Below are positions 19,871 to 29,909 of a stretch of 64,000 nt of DNA, in pieces. The position numbers and the translations under genes were made by a program. This stretch comes from Minisyncoccia bacterium (GTDB lineage: Bacteria > Patescibacteriota > Minisyncoccia > Phycocordibacterales > Phycocordibacteraceae). How positions within the stretch are numbered: position 1 is the stretch's first letter; the number at the start of each line of letters is the position of its first letter. The stretch covers positions 22,426 through 86,425 of the forward strand of contig JBBRPE010000002.1 in NCBI GenBank assembly GCA_038228545.1. Reading direction: 5' to 3'. The notes below the pieces were generated by a model. The model ran no database searches and had not been told where the DNA came from. It saw only the letters and a list, made by a program, of their open reading frames with translations.

Positions 19871-21625
19871 TTATCCGTCGTTCACGGCACGCAACACCTC
19901 TTCAAGACTCGTCACACCCTTCGCCGCCTTATAAATACCGTCTTCAAGCATAGTAAGCATGCCTTCTTTACGTGCCTGTGCCTCGAGCTGGTCAGGAGAT
20001 GCGCTATGGAGTATCAGGTCCCGGATAGTAGGAGTAACCGTAAGGATTTCATGGATACCCATACGACTCTTATATCCGTCTTCGCATTCTGCAGATGGCT
20101 TCGGGTGATAAAACGGAATCGAGTCGAGTTTCGCGGTATCTTTCGCAAGTTTTTCGTCCTGAAGCGCCTTCATGGCCGCGTCGAAGTGGTCACTCGTCGC
20201 AACTTTGTCGCGTTCTTTTCCGTCGAGCGTGTATTCTTCCTTGTCGTCACAAAGCCGTCGTGTAAGACGTTGACCAACAATAAGACGAAGCGTCGAAACA
20301 AGAAGGAATGGCTCAACACCCATATCAAGTAGACGCGGAATTGCGCCGACGGCTGAGTTCGTGTGAATAGTTGAAAGCACAATGTGTCCCGTGAGCGCAG
20401 CGTTAATGGCGAGGGACGCTGTTTCGTTATCGCGGATTTCACCAACCATGATGACATTCGGGTCCTGACGAAGAAGCGCGCGTAGTCCGGCGGCAAATGT
20501 CATACCGATTTGCGGGTTCACCTGCGTCTGATTCACCCGCTTCATCTGATACTCAATCGGGTCTTCAATAGTCGAAATGTTCACGTCAGGGCGATTCAAA
20601 ATATCGAGTACGGTATAGAGTGTCGTCGTCTTTCCGGAACCTGTTGGACCTGAAATAAGAATGATTCCCGTCGTAGTCTTGGTAGCTTGATGGATGCGCT
20701 CCAAACTTTCTCCATGAAAGCCAAGGCCTTCGAGCGTGAAGCCCTCCCCTGTTTCGCGCAAAAGACGCATGACGATTTTTTCACCATAGTAGGTCGGCAG
20801 GAGCGATACACGGAACGACACCTTGTCGGCTTCCGTTTCCATTTTGAATCGTCCGTCTTGCGGCAGACGTTTCTCGTCGAGTTTCAGGTTTGCAAGAACT
20901 TTGATGCGCGCGGTAATGCCCGGGCCGGCGTTCTTCGGGAGTGTCATAGCGTCATGCAAAATACCATCAATGCGGTATCGCACGAGTGTGGCTTCCTCCA
21001 TCGGCTCTATGTGGATGTCGGATGCGTCCTGGATGATTGCGTGACGCAGGAGCGTATCCACAATGCGCACGATAGGCAGGTCTTCTGCCATTTTTTTAAG
21101 CTCGTCTCCCGTTACGTCCCCGCCGTCAGCATCCTTAACGAGATTAATCTTCCCCGCCTCAGTCGTAATGAGATCGCCGAATTCTTCTTTGAGAGACTTC
21201 TGATACTGCAAGAGCACGTGCTTAAGTGACTCGTCGTCCGTGAGACGCGGAGCAATTTTCAGACCAGTCTTCTTACGAACGGAATCGATTGCAACCAAGT
21301 CCTGTGTGTCGAGCATGGCGACCTCAAGCTGCGTCGCGTCCTTGCGGAACGCAACAATACTGTGTGTACGTGCTATCGGCTCAGGAATAAGCGAAAGGAC
21401 ATCGAGTGCAATTTTCTTATCTTTCAAATTCACGAACGGGATTCCAAGAACATAGGCCTTAATGCGACGAAGTGCGTCCTGTGTGAGTGCTCCGGATGAT
21501 ACCAGAATGTCACCAATGGATTGTTTTCGCTTCTTTGCTTCTTCGTCTGCAGCCTCCACGTCTTTACGTGGAACAAGCCCCGAGTCGAGGATGAATGTTT
21601 TTAGTTCAGTTTCAGATACCTGCAT
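19871..21625 (-). CDS. pilB: Type IV pilus assembly ATPase PilB/GspE
   Basis: ASDIHIEP, GPTGSGKTTT, LRQDPNVIMVGEIRD. Confidence 0.95.
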   Translation of the reverse strand: MQVSETELKTFILDSGLVPRKDVEAADEEAKKRKQSIGDILVSSGALTQDALRRIKAYVLGIPFVNLKDKKIALDVLSLIPEPIARTHSIVAFRKDATQLEVAMLDTQDLVAIDSVRKKTGLKIAPRLTDDESLKHVLLQYQKSLKEEFGDLITTEAGKINLVKDADGGDVTGDELKKMAEDLPIVRIVDTLLRHAIIQDASDIHIEPMEEATLVRYRIDGILHDAMTLPKNAGPGITARIKVLANLKLDEKRLPQDGRFKMETEADKVSFRVSLLPTYYGEKIVMRLLRETGEGFTLEGLGFHGESLERIHQATKTTTGIILISGPTGSGKTTTLYTVLDILNRPDVNISTIEDPIEYQMKRVNQTQVNPQIGMTFAAGLRALLRQDPNVIMVGEIRDNETASLAINAALTGHIVLSTIHTNSAVGAIPRLLDMGVEPFLLVSTLRLIVGQRLTRRLCDDKEEYTLDGKERDKVATSDHFDAAMKALQDEKLAKDTAKLDSIPFYHPKPSAECEDGYKSRMGIHEILTVTPTIRDLILHSASPDQLEAQARKEGMLTMLEDGIYKAAKGVTSLEEVLRAVNDG

Positions 21626-21696
21626 AGCCGTACGTACTAAAAGTATAACGCGCAACTGCATTCACGCGTGTGCGTTATTTTTTTCGCGGGGAAAAG

Positions 21697-21736
21697 AAAA
21701 TACCTACGCACCACCGGTGGTGCGTAGGTATTTTCG
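21697..21736. terminator. Long perfect hairpin, probable terminator
   Basis: GAAAATACCTACGCACCA/TGGTGCGTAGGTATTTTC. Confidence 0.65.
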
Positions 21737-21754
21737 TCTCACGTCCTTTGACGG

Positions 21755-21946
21755 TTAGTTCCTGGCGGCAGCGACATGGTGTTGTGACTGCCTGTGACTG
21801 ACCGAGTAGGTGATGCCGAGGCCGATGATGATGAACACCACCACGAAAGCAGCGAGGATGCGTCTGAACGCAGGGTCGCGCAGCCACAGACGTTCCTCGT
21901 CTGACTTTGACGGTTGTGGGTCGTGGCGAACAGGAAGTGGCGACAT
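21755..21946 (-). CDS. Small single-TM protein
   Basis: AAGGA RBS, one hydrophobic helix, upstream TTGACT-16-TATAGT promoter. Confidence 0.6.
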   Translation of the reverse strand: MSPLPVRHDPQPSKSDEERLWLRDPAFRRILAAFVVVFIIIGLGITYSVSHRQSQHHVAAARN

Positions 21947-22198
21947 GAGAATCCTTCTCCAAGAAGTATGAGACGACGCAAAGAACTACTGTTCTGCGTC
22001 GCTCAAGGGGTTTCCACTGAGTGCGCAAAGCACATTACTGAATAACTATACGTATATATAGCGTATAGTCAATATTTCCGCATTCCCCGAATTGACTACC
22101 TACACCTATATATGGTAGATTTGGGCTATCTGATATGTCCGCACCCGCGGGCATTTCTTTATAAAATGGGCGTGTGCGAACAATTAAATATCGGAAGT

Positions 22199-23599
22199 AT
22201 GTTGGATCTCAAAACAATCAACCTGGTGCTCGGCGAGTTTGAAGAGCGTGGAATCACAAAAGAAGTCATGGTTGATGCTATCGAAAGCGCCATGGCGACT
22301 GCCTACAAGAAGGAATACGGAAAGCGCGGCCAAGTGGTCCGTGGCAAACTTGATATGAATTCAGGCACCGTCACCTTTGAGCAGATTAAGACCGTTGTGG
22401 ACGACACCATGGTTCGTTTCCCCGAGGAAGGCGAAGAGATTGATGAACTTCCAGCGCATCATCCGCACCACGATCGTGAGGAGGTGGTCGCCGAGGGCGA
22501 ACTTCCTCGCTACGACGCTGAGAAGCATATGCTTATTGATGACGCGCGTCGCATCAAGAACGCAGTAGCACTCGGTGACGAAATCATCTTCCCTCTCGAG
22601 CCGCAGGACGACTTCGGCCGCATTGCTGCGCAGACGGCAAAGCAAGTGGTTATCCAGAAAATTCGCGAAGCGGAGAAGCTCTCTATTCTCGATGAATTCG
22701 GCCACAAGAAAGGTGAAATCGTTTCCGGTGTAGTGCAACGCGTTGAACGCGGCGCTATTTTTATCGATCTTGGCCGTGCGACCGGCATCATTCCGTACGA
22801 GGAACAGATTCCCGGCGAACGGTATCGTCCAGGTGAGCGCATCCGTGCGTATCTCTACGCTGTAGATGAGGGATTCCGTGGAGTCTATCTTCGCCTTTCT
22901 CGTAGCCATCCTCGTTTCGTTATTAAACTCTTCGAAATGGAAGCTCCTGAACTCGCTTCAGGCGCTATTGAAGTGAAGGGTCTTGCACGCGAGCCAGGAA
23001 GCCGCACGAAGATTGCTATCTTGTCAGTTGATTCGCACGTTGATCCCGTCGGTTCACTCGTGGGCCAGAGGGGTGTACGTGTTTCGACCGTTATGAGCGA
23101 ACTCGGCGGCGAGCGCATCGACATCATTGAATGGTCCGAGGACCAAACCAACTTCATCAAGGAAGCTCTCTCTCCTGCTTCCGTTTTGAGTGTTGAGCTT
23201 GATGAAGCAGACCACCGTGCAAAAGTAACCGTGTCCGATGATCAGCAGTCCCTTGCCATTGGACGCGGAGGACAGAATGTACGACTTGCGGCAAAACTCA
23301 CAGGCTGGAACATCGACATCAACTCGACAGGTGGAGCTACGGGAAGCGCGTCTCCTGCAATCGAAGCGCCTGAAGGTGCTAGCGATGAAAGCGTTGCGGA
23401 GATTGAGGCTGAGGACCAGGACCCTGCAATTGCTGCCGGTATCGACCCAACGGAAACAGAGTCGACGGTCACTGAGGATGATGCTCAGAACAATACTCTT
23501 CCTGCTGAAGAAGAAAGTACCCTTTCCGAGAATGTATCTATCGCTGATTCACAGGAGTCTCGCGACGAGTCTTCTGAAAGCGTTGCTGATAACGCATAA
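22199..23599 (+). CDS. nusA: Transcription factor NusA with acidic C-terminal tail
   Basis: FGRIAAQTAKQV, AREPGSRTKIA, AIGRGGQNVRLA. Confidence 0.96.
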   Translation: MLDLKTINLVLGEFEERGITKEVMVDAIESAMATAYKKEYGKRGQVVRGKLDMNSGTVTFEQIKTVVDDTMVRFPEEGEEIDELPAHHPHHDREEVVAEGELPRYDAEKHMLIDDARRIKNAVALGDEIIFPLEPQDDFGRIAAQTAKQVVIQKIREAEKLSILDEFGHKKGEIVSGVVQRVERGAIFIDLGRATGIIPYEEQIPGERYRPGERIRAYLYAVDEGFRGVYLRLSRSHPRFVIKLFEMEAPELASGAIEVKGLAREPGSRTKIAILSVDSHVDPVGSLVGQRGVRVSTVMSELGGERIDIIEWSEDQTNFIKEALSPASVLSVELDEADHRAKVTVSDDQQSLAIGRGGQNVRLAAKLTGWNIDINSTGGATGSASPAIEAPEGASDESVAEIEAEDQDPAIAAGIDPTETESTVTEDDAQNNTLPAEEESTLSENVSIADSQESRDESSESVADNA

Positions 23600-23607
23600 T
23601 GACGCGT

Positions 23608-24126
23608 ATGAATCTTCTACACGACATTGCTCCAGGAACGGCTGATGAGATGAACGTTATCGTGGAAATCAATAAGGGCTCGAAGAATAAGTACGAAATA
23701 GACAAGGAAACGGGCATGATTGCGCTCGACCGCGTCATGCATAGCGCGCAGGACTATCCATTCGATTATGGCTTCGTTCCACAGACGCTCTGGGACGACG
23801 GTGACGCGCTCGACGTTGTGCTCCTCACTACGTATCCGCTCTTCCCGGGATTACTCGTACGCGCTCGCCCGGTCGGCATCATGCATATGATTGACGGCGG
23901 TGAAGCTGACGAGAAAGTTATCGCTGTTCCGGTGGACGACCCGCGTTTCAAGGAAGTGCAGGACCTGAAGGATGTGAATTCTCATACCCTTAAGGAAATC
24001 TCTCACTTCTTTGCAACCTACAAGCAGATTCAAAACAAGGCGGTGGAAGTCGGCGAGTTCGAAGACGCTGCCGCTGCTAAGGCCGCATTCGCACGGGGTG
24101 TACAACTCTACGCCGACAAGAAATAA
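23608..24126 (+). CDS. ppa: Inorganic pyrophosphatase (family I)
   Basis: YGFVPQT and DGDALDV motifs. Confidence 0.95.
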   Translation: MNLLHDIAPGTADEMNVIVEINKGSKNKYEIDKETGMIALDRVMHSAQDYPFDYGFVPQTLWDDGDALDVVLLTTYPLFPGLLVRARPVGIMHMIDGGEADEKVIAVPVDDPRFKEVQDLKDVNSHTLKEISHFFATYKQIQNKAVEVGEFEDAAAAKAAFARGVQLYADKK

Positions 24127-24136
24127 TATGTGCAGA

Positions 24137-24174
24137 GGAAACAGCCCCGAGACAAAAGTCTCGGGGCTGTTTCC
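24137..24174 (+). terminator. Terminator hairpin after nusA-ppa
   Basis: GGAAACAGCCCCGAGAC/GTCTCGGGGCTGTTTCC. Confidence 0.65.
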
Positions 24175-24218
24175 ATATCCCCTTTCCTCATACAGGCGCC
24201 CGGACATATACTGAAGCT

Positions 24219-24437
24219 ATGGATATGACACCAAGTGTTGAAGAGGACAGCAACGACACACCTATTCCGGTCATTGCTCCGTCGCCCGTACCACCCACAC
24301 ATGAGAAAGGGTCGGCAGGAAGCGTCATTGCGATTCTTCTTATCGTCGCGCTTTTGGTATTCGGTGCGTTCTATGTGTGGGGCCAGCGTCTCTCGGAACA
24401 GCACGCGGACCAAGTCGTACGGGCTGTCGGCCAATAA
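24219..24437 (+). CDS. Small single-TM protein
   Basis: Pro-rich N-terminus, GSVIAILLIVALLVFGAFYVWG helix. Confidence 0.7.
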   Translation: MDMTPSVEEDSNDTPIPVIAPSPVPPTHEKGSAGSVIAILLIVALLVFGAFYVWGQRLSEQHADQVVRAVGQ

Positions 24438-24498
24438 TCGCTCGCGTGCGAAGCCGTTGGCTTTTTGGTACCATGCCCTCACCTAACGCCTCTTTCGT

Positions 24499-25107
24499 AT
24501 GAAAAAAAATTCAATCCCAAGCGCATCCATGCTCGTCCCGATGGTTATCGAGAAATCTCAGTTCGGTGAGCGTGCCTATGACATTTACTCCCGTCTACTC
24601 CGCGAACGCATCATTTTCCTCGGCGGAGGCATCGATGATGACAGTGCAAACCTCATCATTTCGCAACTTCTCTTCCTTGAAGCTGAAGACCCGAAGAAAG
24701 ACATCTATCTCTACGTAAACTCTCCAGGTGGTCATGTGCACTCTGGTCTCGCTATCGTTGACGCCATGAATCACATCAAGCCTGACGTCGCGACCGTCGC
24801 TATGGGCATGGCCGCTTCGATGGGCTCTATCATTCTTGCCTCCGGAGCCAAGGGAAAGCGATTCGCACTCCCGAATGCGGATATCATGATTCACCAGCCG
24901 CACGGTGGAGCTGAAGGCCAAGCTGCCGATATCGAAATCAGCGCGAAGCGCATCCTCTCTCTACGCGACCGTCTTAATAAGATTCTCGCAAAGACCACGG
25001 GCCAGGAGCTCTCGAAGATTGAACGTGATGTCGATCGTGACTTCTTCCTCACTGCTGACGAAGCGAAGAAATACGGCATTGTGGACGTCGTCTACAAGAC
25101 TCGTTAG
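24499..25107 (+). CDS. clpP: ATP-dependent Clp protease proteolytic subunit
   Basis: [23 protein letters not shown]. Confidence 0.97.
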   Translation: MKKNSIPSASMLVPMVIEKSQFGERAYDIYSRLLRERIIFLGGGIDDDSANLIISQLLFLEAEDPKKDIYLYVNSPGGHVHSGLAIVDAMNHIKPDVATVAMGMAASMGSIILASGAKGKRFALPNADIMIHQPHGGAEGQAADIEISAKRILSLRDRLNKILAKTTGQELSKIERDVDRDFFLTADEAKKYGIVDVVYKTR

Positions 25108-25266
25108 GTGTTTTTATGGGAAAACGGCCGCAACAGCGGCCGTTTTCCTTTTGTGATAGGCTGTTTTTGTACCGTTACGATTGAACGACAGACTACTACT
25201 GAATTCCTGTTTTCCCTTTGAAATCGATTTAATCCGCTTCCTTTCGGGGACTGCGGCACACTGTGT

Positions 25267-26796
25267 ATGTCTATAAAACTGATACTGAGTTTACTCGCAC
25301 TTTCCGGCCTTGCCGGTATAGCGCTCGGCTACGTGCTTCGTCTTCTCATCGCGCTTGGCCAGCGTGGCTCGCTCGAACTCGAAATCAAGCAGCAAATGCT
25401 TGAGGCTAAAGAGCGTGCCAATAAAATTCTTACTGAAGCGGAAGACCGAGCAGAGAAGGCAGTTGAGGAACTCGAACGTCCACTCAAAGAACGTGAGGAC
25501 ACTATCCGCAAAACTACTGAACGCCTCGGCAAGCGCGAGGAATTTCTGGATGAACGCGAACGAGCTATCGCAGACGAGGTCGAGGACGTAAAAAACAGAG
25601 AGAACGAAGCGGCAAATGTGAAGCGTGAAGCAGAGAAGCTTCGTGACGAGCGCCGTCTTGAACTTGTGCGTCTCGGTCGTCTTTCGGAAACCGAAGCGAA
25701 AGATGCCCTTATGAAGGACCTTGAGGAAAGTCAGTCTGAGGCACTTCTTGCCAGGCTTCAGAAGCTTGAGGCACACGGACGCACCCAGCTCGAAGAAAAG
25801 GCTCGTTCGATTCTACTTTCGAGTATTCACCGCATGGCAGCTAGTGTAAGCAATGAAGTTATGACGCTTTCAGTCGCCATTCCGTCTGAAGAGATAAAAG
25901 GAAAAGTTATCGGCAAAGAAGGCCGTAACATTAAGGCATTTGAACGTGCCACTGGTGTCGACGTCATCATAGATGATGCTCCTGACAAGATTACACTCTC
26001 TTCGTTTGACCCGCTTCGTCGCCACATCGCCAAGATTGCTCTTGAGCAGTTGATCCAGGATGGACGCATACAACCAACGAAGATTGAGGAAGTTGTTGAA
26101 AAGACACGCCAGAACGTAAACGATATGGTGAAACAAAAGGGTGAAGAAGCGGCCTACGAAGTGGGTGTAGCGGGTCTTGACCCCCGCCTTATTACCCTTT
26201 TGGGTCGCCTCTACTTCCGTACGAGCTACGGCCAGAACGTACTTCAGCATTCAGTTGAGATGGCACACCTGGCTGGAATGCTTGCTGACCAGCTCGGCGC
26301 AGATGCTGACGTCGCCCGCACCGGTGCACTGCTTCATGACATCGGTAAGGCTGTTGACCACGAAGTGCAGGGTACACACGTTGAGATTGGACGGCGTATT
26401 CTGGAGAAATTCGGCATCGGGAAGCCGGTTATCCAAGCAATGCAATCGCATCACGAGGAATATCCGTATGAAACGCCGGAATCTATAATCGTACAGGTTG
26501 CAGATGCTATCTCAGCAGGTCGTCCTGGAGCACGTCGCGACACCGTGGAGCGCTATCTTGAGCGTCTTGGGGACCTTGAGCGCATTGCAAGTGGTTTCGA
26601 AGGTGTAGAAAAGACGTATGCGATACAGGCCGGCCGTGAGATTCGCATTTTTGTGAATCCAGGCAAGGTGTCAGACCTTGCTATGCATAAACTCGCTCGT
26701 GACATTGCTGAGCGTGTGCAAAAAGAGCTTAAATACCCTGGAGAAATAAAAGTTAACGTTATTCGCGAGAACAGAGTCGTCGAATTCGCCCGGTAA
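25267..26796 (+). CDS. rny: Ribonuclease Y
   Basis: TM + coiled coil + KH (IGKEGRNI) + HD (LLHDIGK). Confidence 0.96.
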   Translation: MSIKLILSLLALSGLAGIALGYVLRLLIALGQRGSLELEIKQQMLEAKERANKILTEAEDRAEKAVEELERPLKEREDTIRKTTERLGKREEFLDERERAIADEVEDVKNRENEAANVKREAEKLRDERRLELVRLGRLSETEAKDALMKDLEESQSEALLARLQKLEAHGRTQLEEKARSILLSSIHRMAASVSNEVMTLSVAIPSEEIKGKVIGKEGRNIKAFERATGVDVIIDDAPDKITLSSFDPLRRHIAKIALEQLIQDGRIQPTKIEEVVEKTRQNVNDMVKQKGEEAAYEVGVAGLDPRLITLLGRLYFRTSYGQNVLQHSVEMAHLAGMLADQLGADADVARTGALLHDIGKAVDHEVQGTHVEIGRRILEKFGIGKPVIQAMQSHHEEYPYETPESIIVQVADAISAGRPGARRDTVERYLERLGDLERIASGFEGVEKTYAIQAGREIRIFVNPGKVSDLAMHKLARDIAERVQKELKYPGEIKVNVIRENRVVEFAR

Positions 26797-26867
26797 TATA
26801 TTCTGAGAACATCGAAGCGCCCCTCCTTTCGTGGGGCGCTTTCGTGTTTGCGTGGTGAGCACGATTC

Positions 26868-26999
26868 TTATTCCTCGCGGTCGACAGTCGGTCGCTTATG
26901 ACTGCCGTACACACATAAATCTATATACGCGCAGAGCGCCTTTTGCCACCAGACGGGGCCGAGAAACCAGGGATACTCAGGATCATAGAAAGAAAACAC
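26868..26999 (-). CDS. Unlisted small ORF, 43 aa
   Basis: AGAAGGAG RBS then GTG; MFSFYDPEYPWFLGPVWWQKALCAYIDLCVYGSHKRPTVDREE. Confidence 0.45.
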   Translation of the reverse strand: MFSFYDPEYPWFLGPVWWQKALCAYIDLCVYGSHKRPTVDREE

Positions 27000-27066
27000 G
27001 GCTGTACTCCTTCTGCTACAGATAAGTATAGGTCTGCTTGTGAATTGGTTATGCCGTTATCCTCTT

Positions 27067-27354
27067 CTACGCGGCTTCTTTGCCTTCGACCAGTTCGAAT
27101 AAGTGCTGCAACTCCGGATACAGCTCGTCGTACTGTTCTTGGCTAATTACCCGTTCTTTAAGGGCCTTCGAAAGGTCGTCAAAAACTACTTGAAACTCGT
27201 ACCGTGCCAATCCTTCCTGCCCATTAGCGATGCGTTGCGTGACATCAGCGATACCTTCCTTGACTGATTCAATAGCTTTTTGGGCCTCTATTTGCTTATG
27301 TTCTAAGGAATTGTGTGCGTTCGCGTGAGCATCGAGCCGGTGTCCTTCAGTCAT
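27067..27354 (-). CDS. Hypothetical helical protein
   Basis: Open frame with coiled-coil-like sequence; start uncertain (ORF track 27462). Confidence 0.55.
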   Translation of the reverse strand: MTEGHRLDAHANAHNSLEHKQIEAQKAIESVKEGIADVTQRIANGQEGLARYEFQVVFDDLSKALKERVISQEQYDELYPELQHLFELVEGKEAA

Positions 27355-27515
27355 AGGGTCAGTATGGGTCTCAAAAAACCCTGAAAATACGCTATCCCCA
27401 GGTATTTCCTGCCCTATTGCACAATATGGCTCATTTCCTATACTTTTTGGGTAGCCCTCCATCGGGGCTGTGCGCCCCGAAAGGGATTAACCCTCATTGT
27501 TTACAAAACAATTCT

Positions 27516-27788
27516 ATGAACAAAGCAGATATCGTAACGAAGGTGCAGGACGTTCTTGGTGGTACGAAGGCAGACGCAGACCGCGCTGTTGAGACCGTTA
27601 TCGAAGCAATCACGTCAGGCCTCAAGGGTGGTGACGAAGTATCGATTGCAGGACTTGGTATCTTCCAGGCAAAGGCTCGCCCAGCTCGTACTGGTCGCAA
27701 CCCACGCACAGGAGAGACTATCAAGATTGCAGCTACTCGCACACCAAAGTTCCGCGCTGCTAAGGCACTTAAGGACGCTGTAAAGTAA
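27516..27788 (+). CDS. hup: DNA-binding protein HU
   Basis: MNKADIV...GLGIF...ARTGRNPRTGETI...PKFRAAKALKDAVK. Confidence 0.96.
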   Translation: MNKADIVTKVQDVLGGTKADADRAVETVIEAITSGLKGGDEVSIAGLGIFQAKARPARTGRNPRTGETIKIAATRTPKFRAAKALKDAVK

Positions 27789-27835
27789 TCTTCAGTTTTC
27801 TTTGAAAACACCCCGCTTCTGCGGGGTGTTTTCAT

Positions 27836-29005
27836 TTATTCCTTCGTTTTCTTAGTCGAACGCTTTGGAAAGTAGGAATGCTTCTGTATTTTCTCGGGAA
27901 GATAGCTTTCTTCGTCGTATTTCTTATAGCCTTTGCCGTAGCCCAAGTCTTTCATGAGTTTTGTGGGTGCGTTCCGTATATTCATAGGCACCTTGAGGTT
28001 TCCAAAAGCTTTCACGTCCTCTTGAGACTTACCGAGAGCATCCGTAACTGAACGGTCCTTTGCGGCGTTCGCAAGATACGCAACGCCATGTGCGAGATTG
28101 AGTGAGCATTCAGGATAGCCAATCGTTTCGCATGCGCGAAAGACCGCATTGGCGACAACGAGCGCAGTGGGCTGAGCGAGGCCCACATCTTCGGAAGCAA
28201 AGATAACCATACGTCGAGCAATGAAAAGTGGGTCTTCCCCAGCTTCTATCATACGAGCGAGGTAATACATGGCCGCATCCGGCTGCGAAGCACGCATGCT
28301 TTTTATAAACGCACTTATGATGTCGTAGTGCTCCTCTCCTTTTTTGTCGTAGCGCAGATGCGGCGACTCAAGCGATTTATTTAAATTCGTGACGGTAATC
28401 TTCTTTCCATACAGTGCGATAGCGCCCTCAAGCATGCCAAGTGCCTTACGTGCGTCGCCATTGGCGTAGCCCATAAGCCACTCAAACGCCCCGTCACCGA
28501 GCGTAACCTCAGCACGCGCTACGATGGCTCGTAGTGCTTCTTCCGAGAGTGGTTCAAGTACGAATACACGACTGCGAGAAAGGAGCGCAGGAATAACTTC
28601 AAACGATGGGTTCTCCGTCGTTGCTCCAATGAGCGTGAGTTCGCCGCTTTCTACATACGGCAACAGAAAATCTTGCTGTGCTTTATTAAAACGGTGTATC
28701 TCGTCGAGAAATAGGAGTTTCGGTTTAAATTCGAGCGTTTTGTTCTTTGAATCACCAAGTATTTTGCGTATATCGTCCTTACTTGCAGAGACTGCAGAGA
28801 GTTCAAAAAGTTCCGCATCTAACGCGCGAGCATAAATGCGAGCAATGGTCGTCTTTCCCGTCCCGGGCGGGCCCCAAAGAATAAACGAGAAAAGATGTTT
28901 CTTCTCTATGGCCACACGTAGCGGCTTCCCCTTCCCCACCAGATGCTCCTGTCCGACCACGTCGTCGATATTCGTAGGTCGTATGCGGTTAGCGAGAGGC
29001 TCCAT
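27836..29005 (-). CDS. rarA: Replication-associated recombination protein A (MgsA/RarA)
   Basis: [36 protein letters not shown]. Confidence 0.96.
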   Translation of the reverse strand: MEPLANRIRPTNIDDVVGQEHLVGKGKPLRVAIEKKHLFSFILWGPPGTGKTTIARIYARALDAELFELSAVSASKDDIRKILGDSKNKTLEFKPKLLFLDEIHRFNKAQQDFLLPYVESGELTLIGATTENPSFEVIPALLSRSRVFVLEPLSEEALRAIVARAEVTLGDGAFEWLMGYANGDARKALGMLEGAIALYGKKITVTNLNKSLESPHLRYDKKGEEHYDIISAFIKSMRASQPDAAMYYLARMIEAGEDPLFIARRMVIFASEDVGLAQPTALVVANAVFRACETIGYPECSLNLAHGVAYLANAAKDRSVTDALGKSQEDVKAFGNLKVPMNIRNAPTKLMKDLGYGKGYKKYDEESYLPEKIQKHSYFPKRSTKKTKE

Positions 29006-29037
29006 ACAAAAATTCTACGCTTCTCTACATAAAGTGA

Positions 29038-29060
29038 AAGCGCGGTCAGAGACCGCGCTT
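29038..29060 (-). terminator. Terminator closing the small-ORF island transcript
   Basis: AAGCGCGGTC-TCT-GACCGCGCTT then TCACTTT on the minus strand. Confidence 0.6.
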
Positions 29061-29279
29061 ATTGAAGTACAACCCTCCGCGTTCACCTAGAGGACGGATC
29101 CCGAGGAAACGCAGCAACGGTCCGAAACGACCGGTAAGTAGCAGGTCGCGCTCGAAGCGCCGGCGACGCTCGCGCATGAAGTCGGCGAGTGCCGTCATGC
29201 CATCGAGACGGGCTGCCAGTTCCATTTCATGGGCGACCTTGATGCGGAAGCGGGCGCGCTTGATTTCATTATTCATCAT
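29046..29279 (-). CDS. Small Arg-rich hypothetical protein
   Basis: AAGGGA RBS directly after hairpin repeat 1. Confidence 0.65.
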   Translation of the reverse strand: MMNNEIKRARFRIKVAHEMELAARLDGMTALADFMRERRRRFERDLLLTGRFGPLLRFLGIRPLGERGGLYFNKRGL

Positions 29280-29284
29280 GTGAC

Positions 29285-29476
29285 CTATTCCCTTTCAGCC
29301 AAGGAACCATTTCCCGGGCTGAATAGAGAGAGCAAATCGTACTTGGTGTCGTACTTGCCCTGTTTGAGTTGTGCACGAGTCACCACTCGGTTTCGTTTCT
29401 TGGTCTTATCCGCGACGACCCGCGGACGCAGGTGCGGGCTCCGTAGAGCCTTCGCAATCGGATTACGTCGTTTCAT
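29285..29476 (-). CDS. ArfA-like small basic protein (putative ribosome-rescue factor)
   Basis: RNPIAKALRSPHLRPRVVADK resembles the ArfA core ([21 protein letters not shown]); GGGAG RBS; KGKGSY motif absent. Confidence 0.5.
   Translation of the reverse strand: MKRRNPIAKALRSPHLRPRVVADKTKKRNRVVTRAQLKQGKYDTKYDLLSLFSPGNGSLAERE
29295..29325 (-). repeat. Conserved hairpin repeat, copy 1
   Basis: Minus strand TATTCAGCCCGGGAAATGGTTCCTTGGCTGA, identical to copy 3. Confidence 0.9.
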
Positions 29477-29789
29477 TAGGTTCTCCCTGTTTGTGTCGTG
29501 CCTGGATGAAGTTCAAGAAGTCTTTCAGCTCGACTCGAGCCAGGTTTGCCTCGTCACGAATGTCTTTGGGGACATTCCGGAACCAGGTCGCGCGACGGTC
29601 GCCGACCCGCATGGCGACTGCCTTGAGCCTCGCCTCCATCTCCTGGAACTTCACCGAATCCGTGAGCGGGCTGTGCGAATCCTTGGCGTAGATGGCAACG
29701 AGCACGAGGTCCCCACTGATCTTCGCAGCACGCGCGAGGTCAAAGACCACCGCAACCGTCGTGACTTTATTTCCGTAGAAATCGTTCAT
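29463..29789 (-). CDS. Hypothetical protein, 108 aa
   Basis: AGGAG RBS directly after hairpin repeat 2. Confidence 0.7.
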   Translation of the reverse strand: MNDFYGNKVTTVAVVFDLARAAKISGDLVLVAIYAKDSHSPLTDSVKFQEMEARLKAVAMRVGDRRATWFRNVPKDIRDEANLARVELKDFLNFIQARHKQGEPNETT

Positions 29790-29809
29790 TACATTCTCCT
29801 AAACCTCTG

Positions 29810-29839
29810 TCAGCCAACGAACCATTCGTGGGCTGAATA
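29810..29839 (-). repeat. Conserved hairpin repeat, copy 2 (covariant)
   Basis: Minus strand TATTCAGCCCACGAATGGTTCGTTGGCTGA. Confidence 0.85.
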
Positions 29840-29909
29840 AAGTGGAGGACCGAAATCCTCCGAGTTTACAGATTCTGTTGCCAGGCTCTGCGAGCCCCGT
29901 CCGCCATCC

